Shown: in pieces, positions 8,423 through 17,902 of the stretch
How the letters are laid out: each line of letters begins with the position of its first letter
Numbering within the stretch: position 1 is the stretch's first letter
DNA from: Acaryochloris marina MBIC11017
GTDB taxonomy: Bacteria > Cyanobacteriota > Cyanobacteriia > Thermosynechococcales > Thermosynechococcaceae
Direction: 5' to 3'
NCBI RefSeq assembly: GCF_000018105.1
Contig: NC_009925.1
Location: 4,200,001 to 4,232,000 of the forward strand
Length of the DNA stretch: 32,000 nucleotides
Translations under genes and position numbers: made by a program
Notes under the pieces: model-generated
What the model was told of the DNA's origin: nothing
What the model saw: the letters and a program-made list of their open reading frames with translations, nothing else
Database searches by the model: none

Positions 8423-9214
8423 ATGATGTCCGCAACCCTCACTCAACCTGCTCAGATTGACGAATTTGCTGGGGATGAATATGGTCCTGCCTATCAGCCC
8501 CTGCCCTATTTACAAGTGCTCAATCACGAGGATCCCCAGCAGGCTGGATTCTTTATCTCTGCTGATAATGCGGCGGCGGTTAACTTCCAGCCCACTCCTG
8601 AGTGGCAATCCCATGATGCCTATTTCATGTCAGGGGGCGTTGCCGTGGGCTATCGTAGCCTCACAGCTCGCATGGCGGTTTTGCGACGGTCACCCCTGTT
8701 GATGTTTTCGCGCAAAGACCGGGCGTTCTTAGGGGCCTTTGATCGGGATAGCTACAATCCCGAGGAAGTGATTTTGAAAACTCGCTATTTGGTGTATTTG
8801 GTGAGTCGGCAAAAGCAACTTCTCCATCAATCACCCCTGCAATTCACCGCCAAAGGCTCTCTATGTGGCTCCTTTGGTGAGCATTATAATCAGTTCCACT
8901 CCCAAATGAACTGGGCCTACGGCAAGCCCCGTGGTGATCGCTTCTTTGCCCTATCAATTTTTGCGGTTAAACTTCAGCCCATTCTGAAAGGACAAGAGAA
9001 GAAATCTTGGGTTTGTTCAATTGTGGAGCATGGTCAACCCACCAGCGAAAACTGGCGCAACTTTTTCTTGGGCTATGATCCTATCGTTAAGCAAAAGCTC
9101 ATCGCTGACTTTGAAGCGCAAGCGAATTTTGCCCAGGGTGATCGTGCTCAAAGTGATTTAGATAAAGGCATGCCTGAGCGTTTCGACGCGATAGTTGATG
9201 ATCTCGCCTTTTAG
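8423..9214 (+). CDS. hypothetical protein, 263 aa, no family recognised with confidence
   Basis: Clean long ORF with an AGGAG RBS at about 8410-8414, balanced composition and stem-loops downstream. Confidence 0.75.
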   Translation: MMSATLTQPAQIDEFAGDEYGPAYQPLPYLQVLNHEDPQQAGFFISADNAAAVNFQPTPEWQSHDAYFMSGGVAVGYRSLTARMAVLRRSPLLMFSRKDRAFLGAFDRDSYNPEEVILKTRYLVYLVSRQKQLLHQSPLQFTAKGSLCGSFGEHYNQFHSQMNWAYGKPRGDRFFALSIFAVKLQPILKGQEKKSWVCSIVEHGQPTSENWRNFFLGYDPIVKQKLIADFEAQANFAQGDRAQSDLDKGMPERFDAIVDDLAF

Positions 9215-9294
9215 ACCTTTGTGGGCAGAGTAGTCCTGCCCGCACGCAGTTGAGCATACGTAAGGTAGCGGCTGCACCATAGTTAGGACGAGCT

Positions 9295-9330
9295 GGACGG
9301 GTAGGAAAAAATGCCCGTCCTCTTTCGTTT
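9295..9330 (+). terminator. rho-independent terminator candidate
   Basis: GGACGGG (9295-9301) pairs with CCCGTCC (9314-9320) and is followed by TCTTTCGTTT. A second weaker hairpin, GGGCAG...CTGCCC, lies just after the 9214 stop. Confidence 0.5.
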
Positions 9331-9395
9331 ACAGGCGAAACCCTGAGAAAACTTAACTCTATAATGACCCATGAAGCGGAACTCAACCCTGAGCA

Positions 9396-9827
9396 ATGGA
9401 TTTAGAACAGGTTCAAGAACTAGGCTCTCTCAACGTTTTTGCGGTTAGATTATCCCCTGGTACAGATGTGCGTCAAGCTATAGAAGAAATTGCTAAACGT
9501 GAGCAGATCAGCGCTGGTAGCATCTTGAGTGCGGTGGGCAGCTTGAGCCGCGTGCAGTTGCGATTTGCGAATGCCAAAGAACCTACAGAATTGGCTGGAA
9601 AATATGAAATTCTAACTTTATCTGGAACCCTTAGCGCCGCTGGTGTTCACTTGCATATGATCGTTGCAAATGAAAGGGGGGATTGTACAGGAGGCCATCT
9701 GGTAAAAGGGTGTCAGGTTTATACCACTTTAGAACTAGTGATTGCCCAGTTCACGAACCTACGATTTACGCGACAATGGGATGCCTTGACTGGATATCCA
9801 GAGTTGGAGATTAGCTCGATTTCCTAA
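9396..9827 (+). CDS. PPC-domain (DUF296) protein
   Basis: The 143-aa translation ...FAVRLSPGTDVRQAIEEIAKREQISAGSILSAVGSLSRVQLRFAN...LTLSGTLS..GVHLHM...GGHL has the typical PPC/DUF296 layout. Confidence 0.8.
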   Translation: MDLEQVQELGSLNVFAVRLSPGTDVRQAIEEIAKREQISAGSILSAVGSLSRVQLRFANAKEPTELAGKYEILTLSGTLSAAGVHLHMIVANERGDCTGGHLVKGCQVYTTLELVIAQFTNLRFTRQWDALTGYPELEISSIS

Positions 9828-9939
9828 TTGTCCTCATTCTTGACTTAGGTCTAAAAACTAGGAGGATAAAATGATTTTTCTTAGCCTTGACTTAACCTGA
9901 TTGCGTCAGAATCGAAACGCATTATCGAGCAATTTTTGC

Positions 9940-10668
9940 ATGACTTGGATTGATTTCAGCTTACGGCTGACCGTTGCTCTGATTTTGGGAAGTGCGATCG
10001 GTATCGAACGGCAGTGGCGACAGACTCGCGCTGTTCTGAAAACGAATGTTTTGGTCTGTATTGGCTCATCTATGTTTGTGATGATGTCGCTAATGCATGC
10101 TCAAGACTCTAGTCCAACCCGGGTGGCTGCTCAAATTGTTTCTGGAGTGGGCTTTCTGGGAGGGGGTGTCATTTTAAGAGAAGGCACCAGCGTCAGAGGA
10201 CTGAATACGGCAGCAACATTATGGTGTTCTGCCTCCGTTGGAACCCTTGTGGGGGGCGGCTTTCTTTTTCCGGCTTACCTGGGGGCAGCTGCGGTGGTGT
10301 TTTCCAATCTAGTGATGCGACCTCTAGTGGAGCAGTTGAAGTTCCGCCCCCATAAGCCTGGATCATCCACGAGCATTTATCGGTTCGTTCTGATTTGCGC
10401 TCATTATGAGGAGAAAAAAATTCGAAATGTTTTCCTTGAGTCCATCAATACAGCAAACATGATGATCAGCGCTTGGCGGAGTGAGAGCTTAGAGTCTTTA
10501 GGAAAACCCAAGCAGGTGGTGCTAGAAATTGAATTGATGACGATTCAGCGGGAGGATAAGCTGCTCAATGAACTGGCTGAAGCGCTGCAAGACCAGGCCA
10601 ATACCCAGCAAATTCGATGGGAACTGGTATCGGACAAGATCAATAGCCTGTCTATTTCTAGGAAATAA
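9940..10668 (+). CDS. MgtC/SapB family membrane protein
   Basis: MTWIDFSLRLTVALILGSAIGIERQWRQ... is the hallmark MgtC N-terminus. Four to five TM segments follow, then a soluble C-terminal domain. The start is placed at the ATG rather than the upstream TTG (9901). Confidence 0.85.
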   Translation: MTWIDFSLRLTVALILGSAIGIERQWRQTRAVLKTNVLVCIGSSMFVMMSLMHAQDSSPTRVAAQIVSGVGFLGGGVILREGTSVRGLNTAATLWCSASVGTLVGGGFLFPAYLGAAAVVFSNLVMRPLVEQLKFRPHKPGSSTSIYRFVLICAHYEEKKIRNVFLESINTANMMISAWRSESLESLGKPKQVVLEIELMTIQREDKLLNELAEALQDQANTQQIRWELVSDKINSLSISRK

Positions 10669-11144
10669 TGTCGAGCTCCTTGAGAGAGCAGCACTCTCAC
10701 CTGTCACTTTTGTGGGTTGGGTGAGGAATACTACAAGGGAGATCTATGTACCTAGAAAATCGCAGTAATCTATTCTTTAAGTGGATGATATTGCTCATAG
10801 GTGCATTCTATTGGCGTTATTGCCTTATTTATCCAATAAATATTAAAATTTGATGATAAATATGCTAATATCAGATCTTTTTGATTCCATTGGTTAAATC
10901 AAAGATAATAAATCGTTAAGGTTTGGTGGGGGATATCAGCAATATGCAAGCAAGCTCTAAAAAAATGATTCTTGCTTCTTCATTTGTAATTTTTGGCTTG
11001 GTGGGCCCTGTGACCTTTTGGTTGGGTGAGCAAAGCAGTCAAGCCTCACTCAGCTGCTCTCCTCAACAGCGTGCTGGCAGTCCCATCGTCATGTCTCCTG
11101 ACCAAAACCCTTAAGCATCTAACGGTGGTGAGGGGATCGCCACC

Positions 11145-11780
11145 TCAAAAGGCAAAGTCTTCTGGATGAGTACAAACGGATTTGAGGCGATGGCGCATTG
11201 CGGTTTGCGATCGCACAATCACATCCCCATCTCCATAGAGTTGAAACGCCCAGTTTGCTCCAAATAGCAGCATATCTAGCTCGTAAGCCAGCTGAACAGG
11301 ATCGACACTACTATGGATATCTCCAACTTCTTGGGCTCTCGCAACAAGACGGGCAAAGGTTTGCTGTCGCTCAGCCATAATGTCGGCTAAGCGATCGCGA
11401 ATGGGGCCAGGTCGACTATTAAATTCGGTAGATGTGGCTGCGAAAAAACATCCCCCCCGAAACAGTTGCTGCTCGGTATAGTGCAGCCAGGCTTCGCAAA
11501 GAGACCATAAACGCGGTAACCCTTTGGGGGCGCGGAGGGCGGGCCGGACAACTTCTCGTAACACTAAATGACGAGCCCCTTCAATCACCGCTAATTGTAG
11601 GGCTTCTTTAGATCCAAAATGGGCAAATAAGCCACTTTTACTCATCTGCAATTCTTTGGCAAGACCGCCAATGGAGAGTCCAGTCAGGCCATCGACTGAA
11701 GCCAAATCCATGGCACATTGCAAAATGGCTCTACGGGTTTGTTCTCCTTGGGCTTTGCGGTGGTGAACTGTGGAACTCAA
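11145..11780 (-). CDS. TetR/AcrR-family transcriptional regulator
   Basis: N-terminal HTH (RRAILQCAMDLASVDGLTGLSIGGLAKELQMSKSGLFAHFGSKEALQLAV) plus a helical C-terminal domain. The apparent start is TTG. The gene is divergent from the 12002 gene. Confidence 0.9.
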   Translation of the reverse strand: MSSTVHHRKAQGEQTRRAILQCAMDLASVDGLTGLSIGGLAKELQMSKSGLFAHFGSKEALQLAVIEGARHLVLREVVRPALRAPKGLPRLWSLCEAWLHYTEQQLFRGGCFFAATSTEFNSRPGPIRDRLADIMAERQQTFARLVARAQEVGDIHSSVDPVQLAYELDMLLFGANWAFQLYGDGDVIVRSQTAMRHRLKSVCTHPEDFAF

Positions 11781-12001
11781 AATCTAGGTGAAATGATAAT
11801 GGGCTTGATTATAACTTGAAACTTTTGTCAGCTGGTTGGAGGGGGTAGATCGGCCTGGCCCTCGATATCCTGGCAGTTGGATTGTTGGTTTGAAAGCCAT
11901 GATCGAGAAGCAAGGGGGCTATCTCCTCTGAAGACCCGACATCATCAATGCGCATTTCGTTGTGTTTCTGTGCACTATATGGCTAAATCAATTTCTGTCT
12001 T

Positions 12002-12427
12002 ATGTCTGAAATCCAGCCTGGTGATCCAGCCTCCCGACGAAAGCTAGTGGTTGGGGCGTCACTGTTTCTACTCGCGATGTTATTGTGCCAGAGCGTTGTT
12101 CAGTGGTTTACTGAGTGGCTGGCTGAGGATCCAGAGCGGGTGAGAGAATATTTTGCCTATATTGTGGGTGCGATCGCATTCGTATTCTCGCCCTTATTTG
12201 TATTTGGATATTATGCGTGGCAAATTGGCGTGAAGGTTATTAGGGCGAAGCGATTTCCACCCCCAGGGATGAAGGTGATCAAGGATACTGTGGTAGTTAA
12301 AGGGCGACAGGCGGTTTCCCGAGGACGGGCCTTACAAGTCTGTGGCGTTATCCTGTGGGGGACGGCCATTGCCTTTCCAATTGCCTGCTGGCGGATTCTG
12401 GGCAATGTTCTCAGTGACATGCCATAA
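12002..12427 (+). CDS. hypothetical membrane protein (about 3 TM)
   Basis: 141-aa ORF with hydrophobic segments (LVVGASLFLLAMLLC, IVGAIAFVFSPLFVFGYYAW, VCGVILWGTAIAFPIACW). It is divergent from the TetR gene, so it is a plausible TetR target. Confidence 0.6.
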   Translation: MSEIQPGDPASRRKLVVGASLFLLAMLLCQSVVQWFTEWLAEDPERVREYFAYIVGAIAFVFSPLFVFGYYAWQIGVKVIRAKRFPPPGMKVIKDTVVVKGRQAVSRGRALQVCGVILWGTAIAFPIACWRILGNVLSDMP

Positions 12428-12518
12428 GTCAGGAGCTGTGATGGGTTTGGGGCCTCGATGCTAGCCTTGAAGAGATAGTACTCTACGGTCAACCAATGAG
12501 ACCCTTGGAGGAGCAGGT

Positions 12519-12899
12519 ATGCCCAATAGCCCATGTAACCTTGTATTTGTCTATAATGCCGATGCGTCTTTAAATAGCCTTCTACAAGAAGCCGCCCATA
12601 AACTCTTTGCGCCTGAATCCTATGAATGCTCTTTATGCGAGCTCACCTATTCCCTTATTCGCAAGAAAAAGGGTTGGGTCGAGTTTTTGGATAACCTACC
12701 CTGTCAACACGAGTTTCATCTAAGGAACCTTTTCCTCCGCCAATATCCCCAGCAGACTCATGACTCCTTTCCCTGTATTTACAGTAAGTCTGCTTCAGGC
12801 GATCTAACGCTTTTAGTCGAAGCTGAAGCGATTGATCAGGCTCGATCCCTAGAACAATTACAAACCTTAGTCGCTGAAGCGGTTGTAGATCTGCTGTAG
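12519..12899 (+). CDS. hypothetical CxxC-containing protein
   Basis: 126-aa ORF with a GGAGGAG-type RBS and a YECSLCELTY motif. No family assigned. Confidence 0.55.
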   Translation: MPNSPCNLVFVYNADASLNSLLQEAAHKLFAPESYECSLCELTYSLIRKKKGWVEFLDNLPCQHEFHLRNLFLRQYPQQTHDSFPCIYSKSASGDLTLLVEAEAIDQARSLEQLQTLVAEAVVDLL

Positions 12900-13001
12900 T
12901 CTGTTTGGCATCGATCCAGCATTATGATGAGCCAGGCTTGAAGCAGCTGGCCTATGGTTTAATCTCTAAAATACTCATCAGCGTGTCATAGCGATATTCC
13001 T

Positions 13002-13322
13002 TCAGCAGTTTTGAGATGGTATCAACCATGGCCGTATGTGCTCTACTAGCAGTGTTCGAATCGTGCAATCATCAAGGGTGCAAATGGCCTGTAGGATCGC
13101 TTGCTTTACTTTTGATAATTCGCGGCCTAGACAAAACAGGTTGTAGCATTTGACGACAAGGGCATATCCCGCCAATTCAAAATTACCCTTGTCTAATCCA
13201 CTGGTGTAGGCCTGCTCCAAAACATTCAAAGTTTCCCTGACATGACGTTTCCCATGGAGGGTGGACGCACTCATCGATTGGTACACTCGATTGCCCAACA
13301 TTTCATGGTCCCCCATGCCCAT
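13002..13322 (-). pseudogene. possible gene remnant (helical-repeat-like fragment)
   Basis: The isolated 106-aa ORF opens directly after a stop and has no RBS. The segment LDKGNFELAGYALVVKCYNLFCLGRELSKVKQAI resembles the helical-repeat region of large multi-domain sensor kinases/ATPases. The flanks are non-coding. Confidence 0.3.
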
Positions 13323-13474
13323 TGACCCAATACCCAGAATTCAGGATGCCCTCAAATGACGCCTTACATGAAAGTAAACACTGCTCCAGAGAAGCCGTAT
13401 TTACTTTCTAGTCCTAGATTAACTGAAACTCGATTAATTCTCGATTAATAGGTCATGATTGTAAGATTTTGCAT

Positions 13475-14983
13475 TTATGGCAACAAAAACTCAGGCAAGA
13501 GGCTTTTCTGCAGCTCTCGCACGGTCTTATTCACGGAACGGGCCATTTGAATATGGGGTTCATCGGGTTCAATCGGGGCAATGGACGCAGGAAAGCCCTG
13601 ACCCAACTGGTTAATCACATGGTTGGCCGCTTCTAGTCCAGTCACATAAGCCTTTTCCTGGGACCAAGATCCATGACGAGTCACCACCCAGTCTCCACTC
13701 ATATATAGATTATTAATTGGAGTTTGAGCCGGTAACAAATACCGATAGCTTCCCGGTGCAAAGTGGGTCACCGCTCGGGGCAAGCGAATCACGCTGGAAT
13801 CGACCACCTTAGCCTCACGGAAATCGGGAAGACAGGTGATTAAATCATCTTGCACCATGGAAATAATCTCATCATCTTCCATGGCCAAGAACTGATTGGC
13901 ATGGTAGAAGTCCGCCTCAATCACCGTTTCTGGCTGATCGCGATAGTCATCATGGAGGGCATTGAGGTCAAAGAAGGTAGAACCCGTTGTCGGATGGAAG
14001 CCAAAGCAGGCATTGGACGGTTGAGGAACCTCGACTTTGCGGTCGAACCAGAGGCGGGTGGCTAAAATATCCACGGCACCCAGATTCATCATGTCGCGGA
14101 ACTGAGGATGCTGTTGTAGCGTGGAACTGCCCCGGACGATGTTCTGCATGCCCGTAATGCCGACGGAAAAGATCACCGCATCGGCTTCAAACACTTCATC
14201 CCCGCAAATGACGGCATCGGCTTGGCCCAAATCATTGAGCCGCACATCGGTCACTCGGCGCTGGGTGAGGATTTTGCCCCCTGCATTGGTGATGCGATCG
14301 CACCAGGGCTTGAAAATTTTCTCTCCCACCGTCCCCCGACACCAAACCACATCAAAATCAGCTTGATGGGCCAGAATGAAATAGTAGAGCATCCCCAATG
14401 CAGCAGCAGCAGAGCACTGCTCACCGGGAGCGAATAACCCCACCAACAGCATCGGTTCAAAGGCATCTCGATAGAGCCGTGCTGAAACGCCATAGCTCTT
14501 AAATAGCTCCCTAGCCGTCACCGAATCGTAGCGTCGCCAAGCGTCATCGGAATTGTCAAAGTCGATGATTGGATACATCATCGTAAAGGCAGACAGCCGA
14601 TCCACCAGCGGTAAGCGGGGAAACTGGGGATAAGCGAACGTTCCCAAAGGCATCGGCAAGCGCTGTTCCTTCTGAAAAATCGGGGACACTGCTTCCAGCC
14701 CTGCCGGGGAATATTGAGAGGACTTCGTCCAGTCTGTAAACGGATCGAGTCCTAACTCATCGACTAAACCAAAAATATTTTGATAGGGATACCAAAATCC
14801 GTGAATCCCGGCTTCAACAGGGCGACCGCCTGCGGTTTTCCAACCCGCTACCAGGCCACCCGGATAAGAGCCTGCCTCCAAGAGGGTGACATCATACCCT
14901 TGGGACACAAGGTGATAAGTGGCACCGAGGCCAGCCCAGCCAGCACCAACGACGACAACACGTTTTTTGGAGTCAGATGTCAT
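13475..14983 (-). CDS. FAD-dependent oxidoreductase, amine-oxidase / phytoene-desaturase-like family
   Basis: Dinucleotide-binding motif RVVVVGAGWAGLGATYHLVSQGYDVTLLEAGSYPGG and a C-terminal LYMSGDW flavoprotein motif. The start is set at ATG 14983 rather than TTG 15013. Confidence 0.9.
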   Translation of the reverse strand: MTSDSKKRVVVVGAGWAGLGATYHLVSQGYDVTLLEAGSYPGGLVAGWKTAGGRPVEAGIHGFWYPYQNIFGLVDELGLDPFTDWTKSSQYSPAGLEAVSPIFQKEQRLPMPLGTFAYPQFPRLPLVDRLSAFTMMYPIIDFDNSDDAWRRYDSVTARELFKSYGVSARLYRDAFEPMLLVGLFAPGEQCSAAAALGMLYYFILAHQADFDVVWCRGTVGEKIFKPWCDRITNAGGKILTQRRVTDVRLNDLGQADAVICGDEVFEADAVIFSVGITGMQNIVRGSSTLQQHPQFRDMMNLGAVDILATRLWFDRKVEVPQPSNACFGFHPTTGSTFFDLNALHDDYRDQPETVIEADFYHANQFLAMEDDEIISMVQDDLITCLPDFREAKVVDSSVIRLPRAVTHFAPGSYRYLLPAQTPINNLYMSGDWVVTRHGSWSQEKAYVTGLEAANHVINQLGQGFPASIAPIEPDEPHIQMARSVNKTVRELQKSLLPEFLLP

Positions 14984-15288
14984 AGCTTTAGAGATTGAAT
15001 GATGGGTAACCAATTGCCCTATTCACCATGACATGAAATCTGCGGTCCATGCACAGTAGTATTCAGTGAAGAATTAGCCTGATAACTTAAGGTCTGGACA
15101 AGTATGGCTTTCAAAAAGATCCCACATGAGTTCTCTAAGATGTGAATGTTAATCCATACTTGAGACCTATTAAACTAATTGAGCAATCGTTCCCGAATCA
15201 TGTAAATTACGGAACAATATAAGGTCATTTGTAGACGATATCTACGATGCGGAGACATCGGACACATTGCTCAAAGGAAGAACAGACT

Positions 15289-16542
15289 ATGCGGACGTTT
15301 CATTGGATAAGTTTGGGAGTGGGTCTAGCGTTTATACCTTGGCATCCCACCCTAGCCCAGTCTTCTGCTCCGACAACACCCACTGCTGAATCAGCCCTCA
15401 CCTCTACCGTTAAAGGCAACTGCGGCACTGAGCAAACCTGCGAGCAGCTTTTACAGACCCTCCGTACTCAATGGCCGACTGCCAAGCTGAATTGCACTCG
15501 AGATCGCATTCTGTCTCTCCGGGTCTTTCAGAACGACCGAGGGGGGCGACAGGTGCATGTGACGTGTTGGGACACTGAAGTCAAAAAAGGCGACCGCTAT
15601 GGCTTATCTCGCGATTCTCTCCCCTATCCAGGCGATGAAGCTCAGTTCCTGCCGCCCCTGCCTCGCCGATCTCGCTATACCGAGCCCTTACAAACCCGTT
15701 TCCCAGGGCCCGTTCGCACCAGTCAAAATGAGTGCGGTTCTCTAGGGGGAGACATTCAATACCGGGCTCGCAAAGATATCGACCGACTGGAGCTGCAATG
15801 TGTATTTACCGTTGGCGCAGTGTTGATTGACACTGATGGAGACTTTATTTCCGATGGCGAAGCGTCCAGAGGCTCACTCATCGATAAAATTGTTGGCAAA
15901 TTCGCCATTTCTGAGCTGGAAAAGCCCCTAGTCGCGCCACCTCCCACCGCCAGCACCCCAACCGAACCCCCTGTTGATAACACTGCACTCCCTCCCTTAC
16001 AGGGAGAAGACAGTGTTTCTGATGTCTTTCCCAATGCCTCTCCAACCCCCACGACGAATGGAGCAGTGCCTGCACAGACTACAGCCCCCACGGCAGCTGC
16101 AAGGCCGACAAATTCCACTCCCTCAGCTCCCACCGCCAGACATGCTGCCCTTCAAGCTATCGATGTGCAAATTTTCAACCGGGTGAATAATCAGCTGGTT
16201 CCCCTCAACCAACGCTGGAATCCCTATGGTCTAGGGATGGACTTACTGATTGCCGTCAAAGTGAAACCGGGTCAACAAGAGACTCAACCCGGCACCAATT
16301 TAGTGCTGGCGATCAACGCCAAAGGCTACGACTCACCAGCCACAGGACCTGTTCCAGCCTGGAATTCAGTGCAAACGCGATCCATTGCTGTGAGCGCCAA
16401 TGATCAACTAAGTTACTCGTTTCCCTTTCTAGCAGAGTATCAGTGCTATTCCGAAGTGCAGTTAACCGCAACCCTGATTCAGCCTGGTCTAATTACAGGA
16501 CCTAGCCTGACGAAAACCATTAACCTGGGTTGTGCGGAATAG
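15289..16542 (+). CDS. secreted hypothetical protein with a central Pro/Thr/Ala-rich linker
   Basis: Signal peptide MRTFHWISLGVGLAFIPWHPTLAQ, a Cys-containing N-domain, a low-complexity PT-rich stretch (about 15940-16140) and a beta-rich C-domain ending in ...LGCAE. An AAGGAAG RBS lies upstream. Confidence 0.7.
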   Translation: MRTFHWISLGVGLAFIPWHPTLAQSSAPTTPTAESALTSTVKGNCGTEQTCEQLLQTLRTQWPTAKLNCTRDRILSLRVFQNDRGGRQVHVTCWDTEVKKGDRYGLSRDSLPYPGDEAQFLPPLPRRSRYTEPLQTRFPGPVRTSQNECGSLGGDIQYRARKDIDRLELQCVFTVGAVLIDTDGDFISDGEASRGSLIDKIVGKFAISELEKPLVAPPPTASTPTEPPVDNTALPPLQGEDSVSDVFPNASPTPTTNGAVPAQTTAPTAAARPTNSTPSAPTARHAALQAIDVQIFNRVNNQLVPLNQRWNPYGLGMDLLIAVKVKPGQQETQPGTNLVLAINAKGYDSPATGPVPAWNSVQTRSIAVSANDQLSYSFPFLAEYQCYSEVQLTATLIQPGLITGPSLTKTINLGCAE

Positions 16543-16720
16543 ATTGTGGTCTTTTAAGGACTTATCGTTGCTAGTGCCTCCCTGTTATACGAAAATCCCT
16601 CCGTACTGGGCTATTTCACCGCCAGAGATAAATCCACTGCACATACTTGAAGGATTCAATTCATTCACAACCCCACAATCGTTTAGCTTGAAGAAATAAG
16701 TACTTTAGGCTGGCTAAAGA

Positions 16721-17678
16721 TATAGCAGTCGCCATATTGAGAAGGACTTAAACTAGAGAAGTATTTTATTCCTTCTCCTATGTGATGCCCAAAATTTATA
16801 GTTTCGACCTACGTTGCAAAGTGATAGATGCGATTGAGCTAGATGGGATGCGCCCTTCTGAGGCTAGTGAGCTGTTCGATATCAGTCGTAACACCATTAA
16901 CCAATGGCAACACCTCAAGGCGGAAACGGGTGATTTGCATCCCAAGCCAGTCCATCATCCTGGCCATAGCCATAAAATCACTGACTGGGACAAGTTTCGA
17001 GCGTTTGCCCACAAGCATCGTCATAAAACCCAAGCTCAGATGGCTCAACTATGGGATGGAGAGATTAGTGATCGAACCATCTCAAGAGCCCTCCAGAAAA
17101 TCGGATTTACTCGAAAAAAAAACATATGGGTACCGAGAACGAGATAAGCACAAACGGGCAGCGTTCATCAAACGTCTGAGTACCGTGGACCCAGACGATA
17201 TCGTCTATGCGGATGAGTCGGGCATGGATCATCGAGACGAGTATGACTATGCTTATGGCCCCAAAGGTGAGCGGGTTTATGCTTTGAAGACTGGGCGTAG
17301 AAGCGGCCGAGTCAATATGATTGCGGCGTTGAGAGCAAAGCAGTTGATGGCACCGTTCACGATCGAAGGAGCTTGCAATCGGACTGTGTTTGAACTTTGG
17401 CTAGAGCGTTGCTTGATACCCGTGCTCAAGCCTGGGCAGAAGCTGGTGATAGATAATGCCACTTTTCACAAGGGAGGACAAATACAGGAATTAGTGGAAA
17501 AAGCAGGATGTGAGGTTTGGTATTTACCGCCTTATTCCCCTGACTTGAACAAGATTGAGCGGTCTTGGTCTTGGATTAAAAGTCGCATCCGTCACCAATT
17601 AGAACATTTTGGATCTCTCAGAGAAGCAATGGAACATGTTCTACATCTAGTGTCCTGAATAGAATGGCGACTGCTATA
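16721..17678 (+). mobile_element. IS630-family insertion sequence, copy 1 (958 bp including flanking TA)
   Basis: Terminal inverted repeats TATAGCAGTCGCCAT (16721-16735) and ATGGCGACTGCTATA (17664-17678). The outermost TA is consistent with IS630 TA-target duplication. Copy 2 is at 25803-26759. Confidence 0.9.
16785..17658 (+). pseudogene. IS630-family transposase, frameshifted at an A9 run
   Basis: The HTH part (frame 0) ends at 17147 and the DDE part continues in frame +1 to 17658. Copy 2 is one uninterrupted 291-aa ORF. The only structural difference at the junction is A9 (17114-17122) here versus A8 in copy 2. Confidence 0.85.
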
Positions 17679-17902
17679 ACAAGTGAGGAAGATCGCTCAG
17701 ACTAAATTGACCCCAAGCATGGCTACATTCTCAGTAGAAATGCAATTGATTTCTTGAGTAAAACCTATTTGAATAAAGTGAAGATCAGAGATTGTACTGA
17801 GTTAATGATTTTAATTATTCATTAAACTATACCTATAAAGGAAAAGCTTTCACAGCTTGCTTTTCTCTTATAACGTGTGCTTTCTGACTCATTACAATCT
17901 CC

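Noticed and set aside
9099-9386. 95-aa minus-strand ORF spanning the 8423-9214 gene end and the downstream intergenic region
   Set aside because: It overlaps a better-supported gene, runs through two terminator-like hairpins and has an Arg/Ser-rich composition with no RBS.
10923-11114. 63-aa ORF with a hydrophobic N-terminus between the MgtC and TetR genes
   Set aside because: It could be a small secreted peptide. However, the start is a non-ATG codon in the track, it has no RBS, and the S/Q/P-rich tail looks random. It is too weak to call.
15756-16133. 125-aa and 65-aa ORFs antisense to the secreted-protein gene, plus a 70-aa alternative-frame ORF (15974-16186)
   Set aside because: They lie entirely within the Pro/Thr/Ala-rich low-complexity linker of the 15289-16542 gene. 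Such GC-rich repetitive coding sequence routinely leaves other frames open. They have no RBS and a Gly/Ala/Val-rich nonsense composition.
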